A DNA stretch of 64,000 bases from Lama glama (lineage: Eukaryota). The stretch is from NCBI GenBank assembly GCA_028534125.1, contig CM052817.1, positions 53,012,001-53,076,000 on the forward strand, in the 5' to 3' direction. The translations under genes and the position numbers were made by a program. A model generated the notes under the pieces. That model did no database searches. It saw nothing but the letters and a program-made list of their open reading frames with translations, and was not told the origin of the DNA. Below are positions 49,791-64,000 of the stretch, in pieces. Numbering within the stretch: the first letter of the stretch is position 1; each line of letters opens with the position of its first letter.

Positions 49791-51261
49791 ACATGTTTTA
49801 AAAATATTTTCCTCCTTTATTCACCACTTTTAGTCTGATTTTTGTTTTAAATGTTGGAGTGTTGTATTATATAAAATATATTAATCCAGATATTCTGTAG
49901 TGTAAAAGGCTATTTTAGGTACATTTTAACTGTCCCATATTTTATTGTTGAGAGTATCTGATTTCTGCTGAAAAATAACTTGAAAAGAGCAATCTATCAA
50001 CCATTTATTCTGTACCAGAAGAATGTACACCTTTGAAAGTAGTGTCAGAGTCATAGTCAGTTTTTCAATAAAAGCACAGTACAAACATGTATATAACACT
50101 GAGATTAGATAAGTTGCAATTTTTACAATGACAGTGACACAGACTTTGTAGAACTGTTTTCTCTTGTGTTTCATAAAAACACTAACAACTGTCTAGACTT
50201 TATTTGCTTCTAATAGGGCATAAATTGTGTCAAGTAAAAATAGCTGAAATAATATATTCTGCTTTTCTGATACTAGACTTTTCATTACTTGGTAATGCAT
50301 ACTATATACTGTATATGTGAACACTCTGTACACATTTCAAAGGTACATTAATCCCAAAATTAACTGCTAAAAGTGATATGGAATTTATAGATGTGATAAT
50401 ATTACAATTTAAACCAAATATATAATGTGGCATAATAGGTCATATCAGAGCAAATTTATTGACCTAATATCTTACTATTCTTTCCTATAAGTCTATGAGT
50501 TAGATGAAGGTAGAAGATACTATGGATCCAATTTGCAGGTGCCTAAACAAACTCGTATATGTCATGTTCACATGATAGGTAGGTAAAAGGGCTGGGATTA
50601 GATTAAACTTACTTTTTGTTCATGATGCTTTCCAACTAAGAAAGGATGTTTGTCAGGCAACTGATTTTATTAGGCTGCAGAACAAAACAAAACCAAAAAA
50701 TTAACATGTCATAAAGAGATATAATCAACAGTTCCGCTTTATCAATGTAAACTGAAGGAAAAACTTTTTCTGTACTTCTAAGAAGGTAAATACTTGAATA
50801 TTGAATAGGTCAATGATTTTTCCTCTTTGCATAAACATTTTTCTTGATTATTTATCTAGCAGATATTCATTAAAAATAATTAGAAAAATGGAGAAATAGC
50901 ATAGAAAAGAAAGTAAAACTGCACAAAATTACTACACATAGGCACAAATCACCTTTTATACTTTGGTGTGTTTTGTCCCATGTTACCTAAACGTACCCAA
51001 TGCATTTGAATTGTCTCCTTTAACGTGGTGTAGTTACTAAAAGTGTAATTGGGGCATTCCTTTTGTCTTTGGAATTTGTTAAATCAATTATGTCAGAGGT
51101 ATAAGTTAGGATAATAATATATTTTAGTTTTTAACTTTATTTATACTTTTTATATTATAAATATTTCACATTTAATTATTATTTATGTTTCTGATTACCT
51201 TCATAAAATAAATGATTAACTGGAATTATTTGTCTCATATATGATTGATTTTTAAATTAAG

Positions 51262-52040
51262 ATTTTAAATTAAGACTTCAATTTTTAGAGCATTTCAGAT
51301 TCACAGCAAAATTAAAAGGAAGATACATTAATTTCCCATATGCCCCCCCACATACACATGCATATCCTCCCATTATCAACATTCCCCACCAGAGAGGTAT
51401 AGTTGTTACAGCTGATGAACCTACACTGAAACATCCGTAGTTTATATTATGGTTCACTCTGTGTATTATATGTTTTATATATGTACCCGCTATTACAATA
51501 TCAGACAGAATAATTTCATTGCCCTAAAAATCCTCTGTACTCTGCATATTTGTCCATCCCTTTACCCCTAAGGCCTCTCAACCACTGATCTTTTTACTGT
51601 CATCACAGCTTTACCTTTTCCAGAATGTTCTGTAATTGGAATCATACAGTGTGTAGCCTTTCCACGTTGGTTTCTTTCACTTAGCAATAGGCATTTAAGG
51701 TTCTTCCATGTCTTTTCATGGCTTGATAGCTCATTTCTTCTTAACACTGAATAATATTCCATAATTTGGATGTACCACAGTTTGTTTATCCACTCACCTA
51801 CTAAAAGACATCTTGGTTTCTTCCAAATTTTGACAACTATGAATAAAGCTGCTACAAACATCTCTTTGTGCAGGTTTTTGTGTGGACATAATTTTGATCT
51901 CCTTTGGGCAAATACCAAGGAGTGTGATTGCTGAATCATATGGTAAGAATAAGTTTGGTTTTTGAAAAAATGGCCAAAGTGGCTATATCAATTTATATTC
52001 CCGTCATTGATGAATAGGAGTTCTGTTGCTTCACATCATT
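51262..52040 (-). mobile_element. L1MC1-type 3' end, apparently nested in older L1 sequence
   Basis: 'tttttagagcatttcagattcacagcaaaatt...ctcccattatcaacattccccaccagag...gatgaacctacactga'. ORF 51568-51939 (MFVAALFIVVKIWKKPRC...EWINKLWYI) is L1 ORF2 end sequence. Confidence 0.88.
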
Positions 52041-53794
52041 TGTTCATTTTTGTACTGGGTTTTTGATAGTTTAGTTAGCGATTTGAAAAAGGAATTTATA
52101 AACTCAGGAAGTTATATCTTTGTCCTTTATATGATTTAGAAATACTCTCCAATTAACAGACTTTTTACTTTAGTTTCTGGTTATTTTTGCCATATTTTTT
52201 TTTTTTTACTTTGGTCATTTTTTTAAATCATTTTCTCTTATGGCATCCAGGTTAAATGCTTAATTAGAAAGGCCATTATCACTTTGATTCTATAAAAATA
52301 CATTTCTTTTTGACTCACTTTTAAATCTCTTTGATAAATTTTATTTTAAATAAGTAATTGGAAACTTACCAATATAAGATGTACAGTATAATCCCAAATT
52401 TATTGTTTAAATAGATTTATAAATAATTCATTCTCGATGCTGCAGAAATGCAATTCTAGAAATTTCATTCATAGGCCTTCATGTGAATAAACTGAGCAGA
52501 TATATTTACTCCCAATGTAAAACAGAAAGGAGATGGTAAATTAAGTGTATTTTTGTTAAACTGTTAAAGAGTAATGCTTTTCTTTATTCATAACAAATTG
52601 ATATTTTCTATTTTATTGAACTAAACACTCAAGACTTTTTGCTATAGAACAAAGTGGATAATTGTTTAAGCAATCCCCAATTCCTGTCAAATCATAGCTT
52701 TTACTGTGTAAATGTTTATGGTCTGTGTGAAAAAAAATAAAAGGAAGGAATAGTTGGAGTTGATATTTGATATCTCTATGACTTTGAATATTTTCTGAAT
52801 ATCTTAACTGTTCAGTTGTGATGCATTTATGTGATGGGAACATGATGTGATTATAACCCCCAAATAAATGAATGATTAGAATATTAGAGTATGTAGATAA
52901 CTAATAATCCAAGGCATTCTAAAGTAAATCTCATGTTTCAGAAGCAATTTCAGGTTCCTTTTTCTGTACTTCTTTCCTAGGAAGAGACACTGTTGAGGGT
53001 AGGGGTTAGGATGGCACAGAATATAAAAGACACATCTTCTGGCAAGTTAAAAATTGTGTATTTTTTTAAATCCTATTTTTCTCTTTAGAATGTGATCTGT
53101 GATACCTACTTACGTTTACATTTTATATTAATATCCATAACCCCCACATTTTCAAAAGACCAGCTAATATATTCCTAGATATTCTGTGGAAACTATGACA
53201 ACTCTCTTAGCCATCAACAAACCCCACAATTGTGAATACTAACCAATTAAGTAAAAAGAGAAATGTTATTGACAAGTTTTACCCTGGTCAATGTTTGTCT
53301 ACAAATACTTTTAATGAGACTCTTGTGGGAGCTTACTGCCAGATATGCTCTTCAAGTGTTTCAAAAATGAGTGGCAAGTTTGCATAATAATGATATATTT
53401 TGTGACATGATTATTTGTCAGTTTAAGAATGTGAAGACAGGCAGTAAGGCTTCAAAAATATTATTGATTTTTCCATGAATGTTGCATTTATTTCATCCAC
53501 CCAGATACTTCTGTTTACCAAGTCCATCAGAATTACAGGGCAAATAGACACAAAAATAATGAACATTTAAGAATCTTTATAGCAACAAATGGAGGAGGTA
53601 TCCTTGTTCTAGTGGCCAATACGTGTACATAATATTATTTCCAGAAGGAAATGAACTGGGATTATTTTCATCAAATGAAGAATAAGGGGAAAAATCATAC
53701 GTATGTAACCCTGCATCTGAGTGGGTTAGAAAAAAAAGGTATTTTTAAGATTAATGCCTGAAGATAATTATGTTTTGAAATGATGTATGTTAAC

Positions 53795-54255
53795 CATGAT
53801 GGTTACCTTTGTGTTTCAGTTTGTCTAGGCCACAGTACCCTGCTATTTGGTCAAATCCTGGTCTGCTCTGAATATTACTGTGAAGGTATTTTCTTTAGAT
53901 GAGATTAACATTTAAATAAGTAGACTGGGAGTAAAGCAGTTTACATCCATAATGTTGGTGGACCTCATTCAATCAGCTGAAGGCTTTAATAGGAAAAGAC
54001 CTCCCCAGAAGAAAAGGAAATTCTGCCAGCAGACTGCCTACCCACTTGAGCTTAAATATCGTCTCTTCCCTGAGTCTCCAGACTGCCAGTTTACCCTGTA
54101 GAAGTTGTATTTAACAGCCTCCATAATCCCATGAAAAGTTCCTTAAAATCTGCCCCCCCATATATACATGTGTATATGTGTTTGTAGACACACACACACA
54201 CACATCCTATTGAATCCTATTGGTTCTGTTTCTCTGGAGAACCCTGATTAATAAA
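53795..54255 (+). mobile_element. ERVL solo LTR (MLT2C/D-like) with internal (CA)n
   Basis: 'tgatggttacctttgtg...ggccacagtaccc...gatgagattaacatttaaat...catcctattggttctgtttctctggagaaccctga'. Confidence 0.85.
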
Positions 54256-55099
54256 ACCAGTATTCCAGGAAAATAATCACTTATTCTTTTTAAATAATTC
54301 AAATTTAAAATTTTAAATAAGTGGTAGTTCTGAAGGCACTTGGAATTTTAATGAGCAAGTGTCACAAAGTCCCAGGCTGACTGGGACTTCCCTCAACTGA
54401 CATTCTTCCCTCAACATCCATGGTGTCATGGGTAAATCCTCTTGAATAGTTAATTGAGGTGGGACACATTAACTCTGGTTATAAATGGCCCTTAATTTCT
54501 AAGCTGGTACTGTTTTAAAATGGATAGGTGTGGTGTTATTAATTCACTCAATAAGTGGTTCTAATGAGCGGCAAAGAAGGAAAATCTCCTCAGTGGACAG
54601 AATTTTATGTATTTTAGCTCTTGGGTTTTTGTTGACTGCATTTCTTCATCTACTAGAATACAACTACCATAATCATGGCGAACTCATTTCTCTATTAGAG
54701 ATTGTATCTTTAGGGCTTTCATCAGTTCCTAATAAACATTAAATACTCAATACTCGGTAATCTGATGTGTATGAAATGAGCAAGTGAGTAAAATAATATG
54801 ACATAACTTTAATAAAATATCTCACAAGAATCATGTGGAAATGCCACTCTTAAGTTTCTGTTAGTAAAATTTTAAACAACAAAAAGAAATTTATACTGGC
54901 TTAAGTAAAAACAAATATAATTGTAAAAGTCTGTTTGAAAACAGGACTAACCCATCACAATAGAAAAATTCTTTCAAAATTTGTTGTCCAAACATTCTTT
55001 TTAGCTTTAGCTAATTTTTGCAAATATTGTAATGTAGTACTTACTATAATCTATAATTATAAATGTATGTCAGTGATCATTTGATCATTCTACCCAAAC

Positions 55100-55225
55100 A
55101 ATATTAGCTCCAAAGCTCCTAGGATTATAAAGGCTTTACTCACCAATGTATTTCTTGTGTCTAGCAAAGAGTCTGGCATGTACTAGATCTTCAATAGATA
55201 CCTTTGAATGACTGAATAAATAACA
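55100..55225 (+). mobile_element. L2 3' end
   Basis: 'tcaccaatgtatttcttgtgtctagcaaagagtctggcatgtactagatcttcaatagatacctttgaatgactgaataaat'. Confidence 0.7.
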
Positions 55226-56875
55226 TATATAATAAAGACTCATTATATATTTGAATAGGCAGGTATTTATCAAAATGGTTGAAATGATTGTAATATAAAC
55301 ATAGTAAACTGTTTATTTACTATGCTATTCATTAATTTTACAACTATTTTTATGTAACTAACATTTCAAGAAAAACTGGACACTATTTCTAAAGTTTCTA
55401 TTATGTATCAAACAATATACTGTGAATCACACATATACATATGATTTATTCATTTCAGTATTCATTTCAATATTAGTTAAGGGTTTAGAAACAATTGGAG
55501 TAGAGAGGTCTATTGTTTGTCGCACTAACCTTCTTCCCTTCTATTTCCCTGAAATTGTGGCCAGCCATAAATCTCTAAACCTTGGAGAAGCCGTGCCTCA
55601 GTTGTGTAATTTAGTGTGAGAAGAGGCAGGGCAAGACTCGTGAGTAACCTTAAAATCTTAATTAATGCACTTGTTAAGATAATCTTTTCTTTCTAATGTA
55701 ATGATTACTGTCAGTGTATAAAATGTGACAACCACAGTCATAACAATCAGAAGACACAGTAAGCAAATTCAATTTGGGAAACAAGTTTAGTTATTGTAGT
55801 CACTTTCCACTTGTCACAACTGACAGTACTTTATCAGAAAAGATATTCCTGTACTGCACTGGTATAATTAACACTAATGAAAATTCAAAGGAGCCAGATA
55901 AAATGAATGGATTTTCTACACAAAGAAAGCAAGCTTGTAAAAATTGTAAAGAAAAAAGGAGTCAGGACTTGTGGATTTTATGCTGATAATTATTTAACTG
56001 AGTTTTTTAAATGTCTGTGTCAAAAGTTCAGACATGTACTTTGTAATGTTAAATGGAATTGACTCTTAAGAGTAAGATCTGCCATTTAGGTGTAAAACAA
56101 TAATATTGGGATTTCAGAGTTAGTAATTATCTGTTCAAAAGCTTAGAAATGCTTTCCACTTATTCTGTCGGCCTGTGGTCACAACACAAGGCCACCAGGG
56201 AGAAGTCTAAATTCTAAAACCTGACCTTTTATTGTTTAGGAGATACTTTTGCAAGGTTATATCTTCGTAGAATTTTTTTTTAACCAATAGATTGGAGATA
56301 AGATTTTTTTTTCTAAGATGTATGTAGGCGAAATTTCACTACTATCTTTGTCCCTTTTCTTTCAAAACATCATTCCCTTTGCAACATTAAGAACAGAATC
56401 ACACAAACTTCTTAGGAAAGGGATTCCCTGCTACCTGCTATTTTGAAGTGGGAAAAAACTCTCTCAAGTCAGGGTAATGGAGAGGATCAGAGGAAAGAAT
56501 TATATCTATACCTTATCCTGGAGATATATTTGCTGTCACCAGTAAAAAATGAGCACCCTCACTCATATGAATTTTGAACTTATGTTTAGAATCCTAATAC
56601 TTTAAAGAAGTGGGGATGGTGAAGACTTAGGTTACACAGTAAAAATCTAAGTGTTTTGGGTTTTTTTCTTTCCTAAAGAAGAATATAATATGATTTCTGC
56701 TATTCTGCAAACATTGCCCATGAAAACCCACATATGAAAACCAGGGAATTCTGCTTATAATGACATGTATTTCCCATACATTCTAATCATGTGTGAGCTA
56801 ATTTACACTGTATAAATACCTATTGTATTAGAAGGAACTGGGAAAGATAGAGCCTGAGAAAAACAGAGACATAGA

Positions 56876-57055
56876 TGATATATATATATGTGTATGTATA
56901 TAACTTATATATAGATAGCATGTATAAAATAATATTTCTACATATAAATATAAAATAATTAAATATATAATATAATATAAATATATGATTGTATTATATA
57001 AAATAATAAAAATATACAATGAAATATAATGTAAATAGTTATGTACACATATATA
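56876..57055. repeat. AT-rich low-complexity / degenerate (TA)n
   Basis: Near-continuous A/T with TATA and ATAATA units. Confidence 0.8.
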
Positions 57056-57320
57056 AGGGTCCCCACAAGTAACTCATATCACAACAAAATTGAATAATTG
57101 AGGATAATATAATAAAAAGGCTATTTTTCAATATGTAAGAAGATTTAGAAAAAACATAAAAGAGGGGGCAGTAGGATGGCTACTAAGCTGTTACCACCAG
57201 AACCTTTGAAAGAACATTGTGTGAACAGGGTAACCTGACAGAAACTGTGAAGATTTTCACAGAGAGAGTCAGACAGCACTTGTCCACCTGACAGGGAGGA
57301 GGTAGTAAGAGGAGACTTTC
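57050..57320 (-). mobile_element. LTR41-like fragment
   Basis: 'agggtccccacaag...aaattgaataattgagga...aaaaggctattttt...agctgttaccacc...cagggagg'. Confidence 0.5.
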
Positions 57321-60300
57321 AAATGCTGCCTTTCATACTCTATGGCATTGTATAATTTAAATTTTATAAGAGAGATTAAATTTATACGAACTTTTAATAT
57401 GCTCTCTTTTTGCAAACAATCCTTCATCATGCTACTGAATTATTTTATATACTCTTGTCCTGTTGCCCGGTGTTGAAGGTTACAGAGTTCTTTAACTCAT
57501 AAAATTAAAAAGCAAGGCTTCCTTATTCTAAAGCCTTCAGTAAAAAAGCCTTTAAATGGGACAAAGAAAAGTTTTATATACCTTATCTAAACTGGAGTTT
57601 CCGATACTGTTGCATTTTTTAAAGAGAAATTTATTGTGTTTGTATGGTTTTAAAACTGTTTGCTTGAGTGAAAAGGAAATCTATAATTTCACTCTTTATA
57701 TTTCAGGAGCGTATTCACATTGAGAAAACCCTTCCAGTAGAAATGGAAACTATAAAAATCTGTCTTACATCAAAGAATTACATTACTGACATCTGCCAGA
57801 GCCTGACATTCCCAGCTCTCTGCAGCAATTATTGTTCTAAGCACGTTATTTCCAGTAGTGACATCAACAAAGAAAAAAAGTACATCTTTTTTTTATAAAA
57901 TCTTAGTATTTCATTACTTCTCCCAAGCAAAAAGAGTAATACATTCTCACTATTATTCTTGTAAACTTCTTTTTATCATAGTATCACAAGTCCATTTGTT
58001 CCAAAGAGGTTTACCCAGCAACACAAAGAATGTTTTTCCCCATCACATTATCAAAATCATGCCAACTTTTAAACTACTTTATTTAAGGCTCCTGCAGAAG
58101 ACAGGCATTTTTATCTGAGTGAATGATAATTGTGTTTGTGTAGCTTATTCAACCTAATCCACAAGAGGAAAAAAGCCACTTCCATAAACACAAATTTTTA
58201 TGGAGCTGTGTTATTTAATATGCATCAGTGATTTTCAGCTTTATAAAACTCAAGATGGTAACAGGGACTGTGCTGTCGCTATCACTGGTGTTAGGCTCCC
58301 AAGCTAAACACTAGCACCCGGGTAGAAAATTAACAAATACAGGCTTAATGAGTCATATACAACTTGCATGTAATGAATATGTAGTTAATTTAGACTTTGA
58401 ATCTGTAATACCTACCAATCTACAACCACGTTTTTCAATAAAATTATAATGAACATCTTACGGTGTTCAAAAAAATTCAGACTGGAACAAAGTAAGATAT
58501 AATTTCTAGTTCATATTATTGGTGAATTTTAAGGTATTCATAAAATTATTATAGATGAAAACTTTCCGAAATGCTTTAATTCATTTTCAGTGAGTATCTT
58601 AGTAGTTAAATATAAAAGGCATTTTATTATATTTTGATCAATACTTGAAAAAATCAAGTAATAAAAGAAAAAATATTATTATACTTAAATATTATAATAT
58701 ATAATGAGACTGTTTTCAAAGTTCATCATTATGCACGGTATTGAACATTGAATATGTGTGTGTGTATATACACATGCGCACACATGCACCCACACACATT
58801 GTTTATGTTACTGTAAACATATTACCAGATGTGTTACATACTAACCCAACATATTGTATATTTTATAACTTATTGTATACTTAGCAAATAGCTTTGACAT
58901 TTATAAAACTAGATTATTTTTCCTCATTTTGGTATTAAAACTGTAGGTTATGATTTATGTACCTAAATAATTTGTACTATCAAAGTGTCTCTAATTTTTA
59001 TAATTTGGTTGGTAATGTTAAAATATTGTCAGGGATACTGATACAGACATTCATAAGTTGCATGATTCCCATTTGGAAATGGCTGAGAAGAATGTGTGGA
59101 ATTAAAAGAAAAGATCATCCTGGATAGATTCCTTACTAGCACCAGAGGATATGATAAAGAGTTTGTGAATTCTAGACAAAGAGAAGGACTATAAGGGCAT
59201 AGGCATAAGAAAATTGAATGTTTAGGAAAATTCTGCATTCAAACAAAAGGTTTTTTTTTAACACAAACTAAACACATAGCTTCTATAATGTCAAGGTAAG
59301 AATGTTCTGCTCCTCATTCATCTTTTTCTTTGTGACATGAGAGGAAAGTTCATCTTCTGAAAATAAGAGGAGAGTCATGCAGGCTTTGAATACCACAGAT
59401 TTACAGATTTACTAGCCTGCATGATTATATATGTAAATTTCAGGCAATGCTGGTAGAAAACCTAACAGGCAAAACAGCAGCACAGTGGGGCAAATAAAAC
59501 AAACATCAACCAGAGAGCAGTTACAGTCATGAAACTTGGAATCTAGGCTAGGTCGTGCCAGTAAGGAAAGAGGTCACAACTGGGGAGAAATTATCAAGAG
59601 ATTTAACAACATGAGGTTTTAAGAAGTAGATGAAACCTAGAATGTGAAAAACTAAAAAATCAAAGAAACAACAAATAGAAAACAGAATGATTGGATTAAC
59701 TGTTTCTGGATAGAAAAGATTCAAGTGAAGACAAAATCCATGCTATTGCTAAGGGAATGGGGGAGGGGTAAAGGGGGAAAATCGAAATACATACAAATTT
59801 ATTTTAAAAGGAGGCTAAGGAACTGACACAGCTGAATATTGAATTTATCAATGTGCATAGAACCACTTAGGATGATGGACAGATTGGGTCAGAGAGGAAG
59901 GTTACAGTTTAAGTAGCAAGATATTCAAATAATATAGTAGATAACAGTAAATAAAGGAGATGTTATATATGAACTGTCTAAGACATGAGACTTTTTTATT
60001 TGTTTTACTTAAGGTAGAAGAGGAATGATTAAGCTTATAGAGACCTAGGTTCCAGACGAGGTCAGGAAAGGAAAGCATTAAGCAGGAAGAAACTGAGATT
60101 TTTAAAGTTGATGTTAATAGCAATGAAAGAGGGGTTCCGGATGGCACAAGGAAATTTTCATAAAGGGAATTAATGTGAGATTGAGTTAGAAAATAGCAAA
60201 TCCAGAGTAACGTGTGAATGAGGGTAACAGAGGAAATAAATGAGACGATAGGGTGAGAACTGGGGCAGTTAAAAGCATCATAGTTAATGGGAATGTAAAG

Positions 60301-60506
60301 CCTGATGGATTTATTTGGCTCTAAGATAATTAGTCAGGACAGTCCTCTAATAGATAATACGTGGGCAAAGGATCAAACAAGCAAATTTCCAAATGGGACT
60401 TCTGAAAAGCATAAATACTGTTTAGTTTAAATATGACTTTATTATGCTAACTTCCAGCACTGCATGCAGTGTTACAGTTCATTCAGTATTCAGATAAACA
60501 AATCCA

Positions 60507-60562
60507 TCCTTCCTTCCTTCCTTCCTTCCTTCCTTCTTTCCTTCTTTCCTTCTTTCCTTCTT
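60507..60562. repeat. (TCCT)n / (TTCTTTCC)n microsatellite
   Basis: tccttccttccttccttccttccttccttctttccttctttccttctttccttctt. Confidence 0.95.
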
Positions 60563-61649
60563 GTATTGAAATTTGTATCCTTTCCATGAATCACTACAGA
60601 TTCTGAAGTTTTAAGTAACTGATGTTTCCTATTGATTTTTTTCCCTCCCTAGTTATTAGTATACATCTTCTCTGAGAAGGCTTAGAGTTTCATTGTTAAT
60701 GCGATTACTTCCTTTCACATTTTATATTTTAATTGTATTAGACCATTTTCTAAATCCAAATATATGGGTTGCTTAACTGATATTATTCTTAATTTGAGAA
60801 GACTAAACAAAGCATTTAAGAATGTTACATCCTTCAAAATGTCACATCATCTAGATATTGATATAGTGTAACTCGTTGGAAATGCAGAAATACTAAATAA
60901 GTATGTCCTTGATCGAAACTAAGAATTGTTTGATTGCCATTTAGTTGTAAAGAATCCTCATGTGGTGAGCTACTCAGCATCTTCTAGTAAAACAAACAAA
61001 CCAACAAATACGTGGCAGAAATGCAAGACATCTGGAAGTAAATGACACTTTTTCTTTAAGCAGAACATAATGGTCTTAGCAACTCAGTGCTCCATTCAAC
61101 AAACCACTCTTCCATGTATAAATATCAAAAAAGTATATATAAAATGTTAGGAAAAGTGGAGGAGATCTAAATATGCTATTCTTTCAATGATAGTCATTTT
61201 TTGGCCATTAATAGCCATTCATTCAATTACTAGCCTGATGATTTTCTCTAAAGAAAATTTAGAGCCCCTTTATTTCTAAATCTCACACATAATACATGAT
61301 TAGATGGAATTACAGAATTTGGAAAATAACAAAATGTTTATAAACAAACAATTTATAAATCTATGTCTAAGAAAGATACTAAGTTACATTTAGTATACTT
61401 TCATAGGATTTATTCTGCTAGTACACATCAACAAAAATTAGTAATTCTATTTCATAATTAGTACACTACCCCTCTCATAGTAACTGAAAATTATCATATT
61501 TAGCTCTGTAGTAGTCCAGTATTTGGATATTGAGAAATATATATAATCCTTCTGTATTAGAATTAAGAGTGTGTGAATGCTTTTAATTTTGTGAATTGTT
61601 ATAAATATATTTTGTTCCCATTAAAATATAATGCTTGCTATTAAAGCAA

Positions 61650-64000
61650 AATGTGAATAAGGGTTTCAACATCAAACAGTACTGTGAGGCCTATGACACA
61701 AACCCAGCTGTCCAGAGCCCTCCTTTCTCCCCTTTGCCCCACTCTGAAGAATCAGCCACTTCCAAATCTGTTAGCTGTTTCTGCATTTTCTTCTGGTTTT
61801 AACTAGAAGTTTAAACAGTGTAATGATACTGTTGATCTTTCATTTTAAGAAATTATCTAAATATTTCTCTTATCATTCAGAGAAGTATAACTGTTTTAAT
61901 CAACAGTCTCCAAATCTCAAAAGCTTAATAAGATCAAAAAATTATTAATTGCATTGTTCTAAGCAAGATTTTCCAAAAATGGTTCTTGGAGTTCCTTGTT
62001 GGTTGGCTACACCAAGAGCCAACTGGGACTCAGGCCACCGCTTTTCTTCTTGTGGCAGGGACTGTATTCAAATTCAACTTCCCACGCTTCAGGCCTTGTT
62101 CATTTTCTTTGTTAGAACAAGTTGCAATGCCTACAAGCCTCCAACTCTTCCAAAAACTAAGCAGCCTATAACTACAGTGAATTCCCAATAAGAGCTGCTA
62201 CCTTACCCCAAGCAGCTTAGATCTCTGTGGTCTATTGTACTGCAAGTGACCACTTTGTTTCTCTGCTTAAGGGAACAGCAACCCCCTCATTAAGAAGGGA
62301 AAGCAGGGTGGCTGAGTTTGGAAATAGGCAAAGACGCATTACTGGGCAAACAACGCTAGAGTTGCTGAACAACTCCACTTCCAGGAAGCTATAGTATACC
62401 TCGGTACAAAATCATAAGTAATGGGGCAATCACATGACCTTTCTTGTTGAACCTTGCTGATATATCCCTACCATTACCACAAAATCTATTTTTAATCAAT
62501 AACATCCAAAATATTGTTACGTATTACCTGTGGATAATAAATAATCATACTTGTGCATAGTTCAAATTATATGATCCTAGTTGAATAGGTCTCCTGGCTG
62601 TTTCTCTGCTGACATGTGATCTCAAGCAAAAGCTCAGAAGCCTTATGTTGATAGTCTACAAGACTAGTTAATGAAGGAAGAAGTGAGGGAGAGGGTTGTA
62701 AGGCATAGCATGTTTTTAGGAGTATGATGGGGGAATGTTGTACATCACCTGAGGCCTGTTCCATACACAGAAATAGTCGTGTGACCCCCTTCTAGTTATA
62801 AAAAGACTGCAAATAGATGCTTAGCTGTTTGCCAGAAAGAGTATGTGCTTAATGAAGATCTAGCCAGCCTCTGTCCACGTTCCATATGGAAGACAAAGAC
62901 TGAATACTTTTATCAGTCTCCCCAGATATGCACACAGATTTCAATCACCCACATTTCCCAATATTAATTATAACAATATAAAGCGAGTGATAAATCATAG
63001 TTGTAAGTAAAATTTACAAATAGAATGAATAGGAGACTGTATCAGTTTCCTAAGGCTGCCATAACAAATTACCGTGAAATTTATGCCATAAAACAACAGA
63101 AATTTATCCTCTCAGTTCAGGAAGTAAGAAGCCTGAATTCAAGGAGTCAGTATGGTTGATTACTTCTAAAGGCTCTAAGGAAGAACCATCCCAAGCGTTT
63201 CTTCTAACTTTTAGTAATTGCTGGCAATCTTTGGCATTTCTTGACTTGTAGATGCATTTCTTTAATTTCTGTCTCCATCTTCACATAGCCTTCTTCTCTG
63301 TGTCTCTCTTTGTGTCCTTTTCTGTCTCTTATTTGAGCATTTTCACTGAAAGTAGGATCCATCCTAATCCAGTAGGATCTTGTCCTTATGCTTAACTTAA
63401 TTACATGCACAAGACTCTACTTCCCATAAGATCAGATTCTGATATTCTGCATGGATATTTATTTCAGGACATTCATCAACCCACTACAGTGTTCGTAAAT
63501 TTATGATATAACTTTCATCTTTCTGAGGTTAATATAGCTTTATATTTTTGACTTTAGTTTTCTATTTACCCATTAATAATTTAATGCCAGACTTTCCTGC
63601 ATTTTCTAAAACACTTCTCAATCTGGGAAAACATACCAGGCAAATTATCTGTTTCATTTTTACTAGGAGTCATCCCTTTTGGAAATTCCAGATTCTTAAT
63701 CCAATCTGGAATCTATGCCACTTTAGTCATCTTGCACTGCTGCATTTCTAGAACTCCCTTCTCTATAATCAAGGTAATTTCTATGTATGGCACATCATCT
63801 TTTGATTCACTCACACTACCTCCTATAGTCTTATTTTGTAAAAGTGTGTATAGTAGTAAGTGTTTTAAAATGTGTATATATTTAAACTACATTATTTTAC
63901 CTTCACAGCTGATTGAGATTTAGCTTAATAGGAATCATTTTCATTTAGATTACTGGAAACTTTGATATTAATATACTAACTCTACTAATTGGTATACTAA
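61650..64000 (-). mobile_element. HAL1-like element, antisense, interrupted twice (~61875-62882 and 63038-63488)
   Basis: 'ccccactctgaagaatcagccacttccaaatctgttagctgtttc...ttcttctgg...attatcta' resumes at 'tatggaag...cccaatat' and again after 63488; runs off the window. Confidence 0.55.
63038..63488 (-). mobile_element. Full-length MLT1C-like solo LTR
   Basis: 'tgtatcagtttcctaaggctgccataacaaattacc...aaacaacagaaatttat...catcctaatccagtaggatct...caacccactaca'. Confidence 0.88.

Noticed and set aside
51568..51939. 123-aa ORF
   Set aside because: Decayed L1 ORF2 C-terminus running into 3' UTR of an L1MC element.
9728..54255. Two co-oriented MLT2 LTRs as ends of one provirus
   Set aside because: They are 44 kb apart with no ERVL internal sequence adjoining either; independent solo LTRs.
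1..64000. Supplied ORFs (60-135 aa) as protein-coding genes
   Set aside because: None resembles a cellular protein I recognise; lengths are what chance gives in AT-rich eukaryotic DNA, and many sit inside repeats.

Overview
AT-rich, CpG-depleted mammalian genomic DNA, intergenic or deep-intronic. It is very probably from a camelid, because it carries a Vic-1-type tRNA-Ala-derived SINE at ~35.09-35.22 kb. I can support no intact protein-coding gene, RNA gene or CRISPR array; the ORFs in the supplied track are either chance ORFs or frames inside repeats. Much of the window is transposon fossil: L1, HAL1 and L2 LINEs, MIR, MaLR/ERVL/ERV1 LTRs, and Tigger, MER33 and MADE DNA elements. The most notable non-repeat signal, missed by the ORF track, is a stop-disrupted, intron-less minus-strand fragment at ~2417-2645 encoding the C-terminal half of a divergent ferritin-fold protein. 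Other points of interest: a complete LTR-int-LTR MLT1E element, a nested ERV stack containing a young solo LTR with a perfect 4-bp TSD, an old LTR with unusual CpG retention, a CpG-retaining unique island with candidate micro-exons, and a perfect 59-bp tandem duplication. I found no convincing novel multi-gene system. Repeat family names come from recalled consensus sequences, not from a search; boundaries without a stated TSD are approximate.
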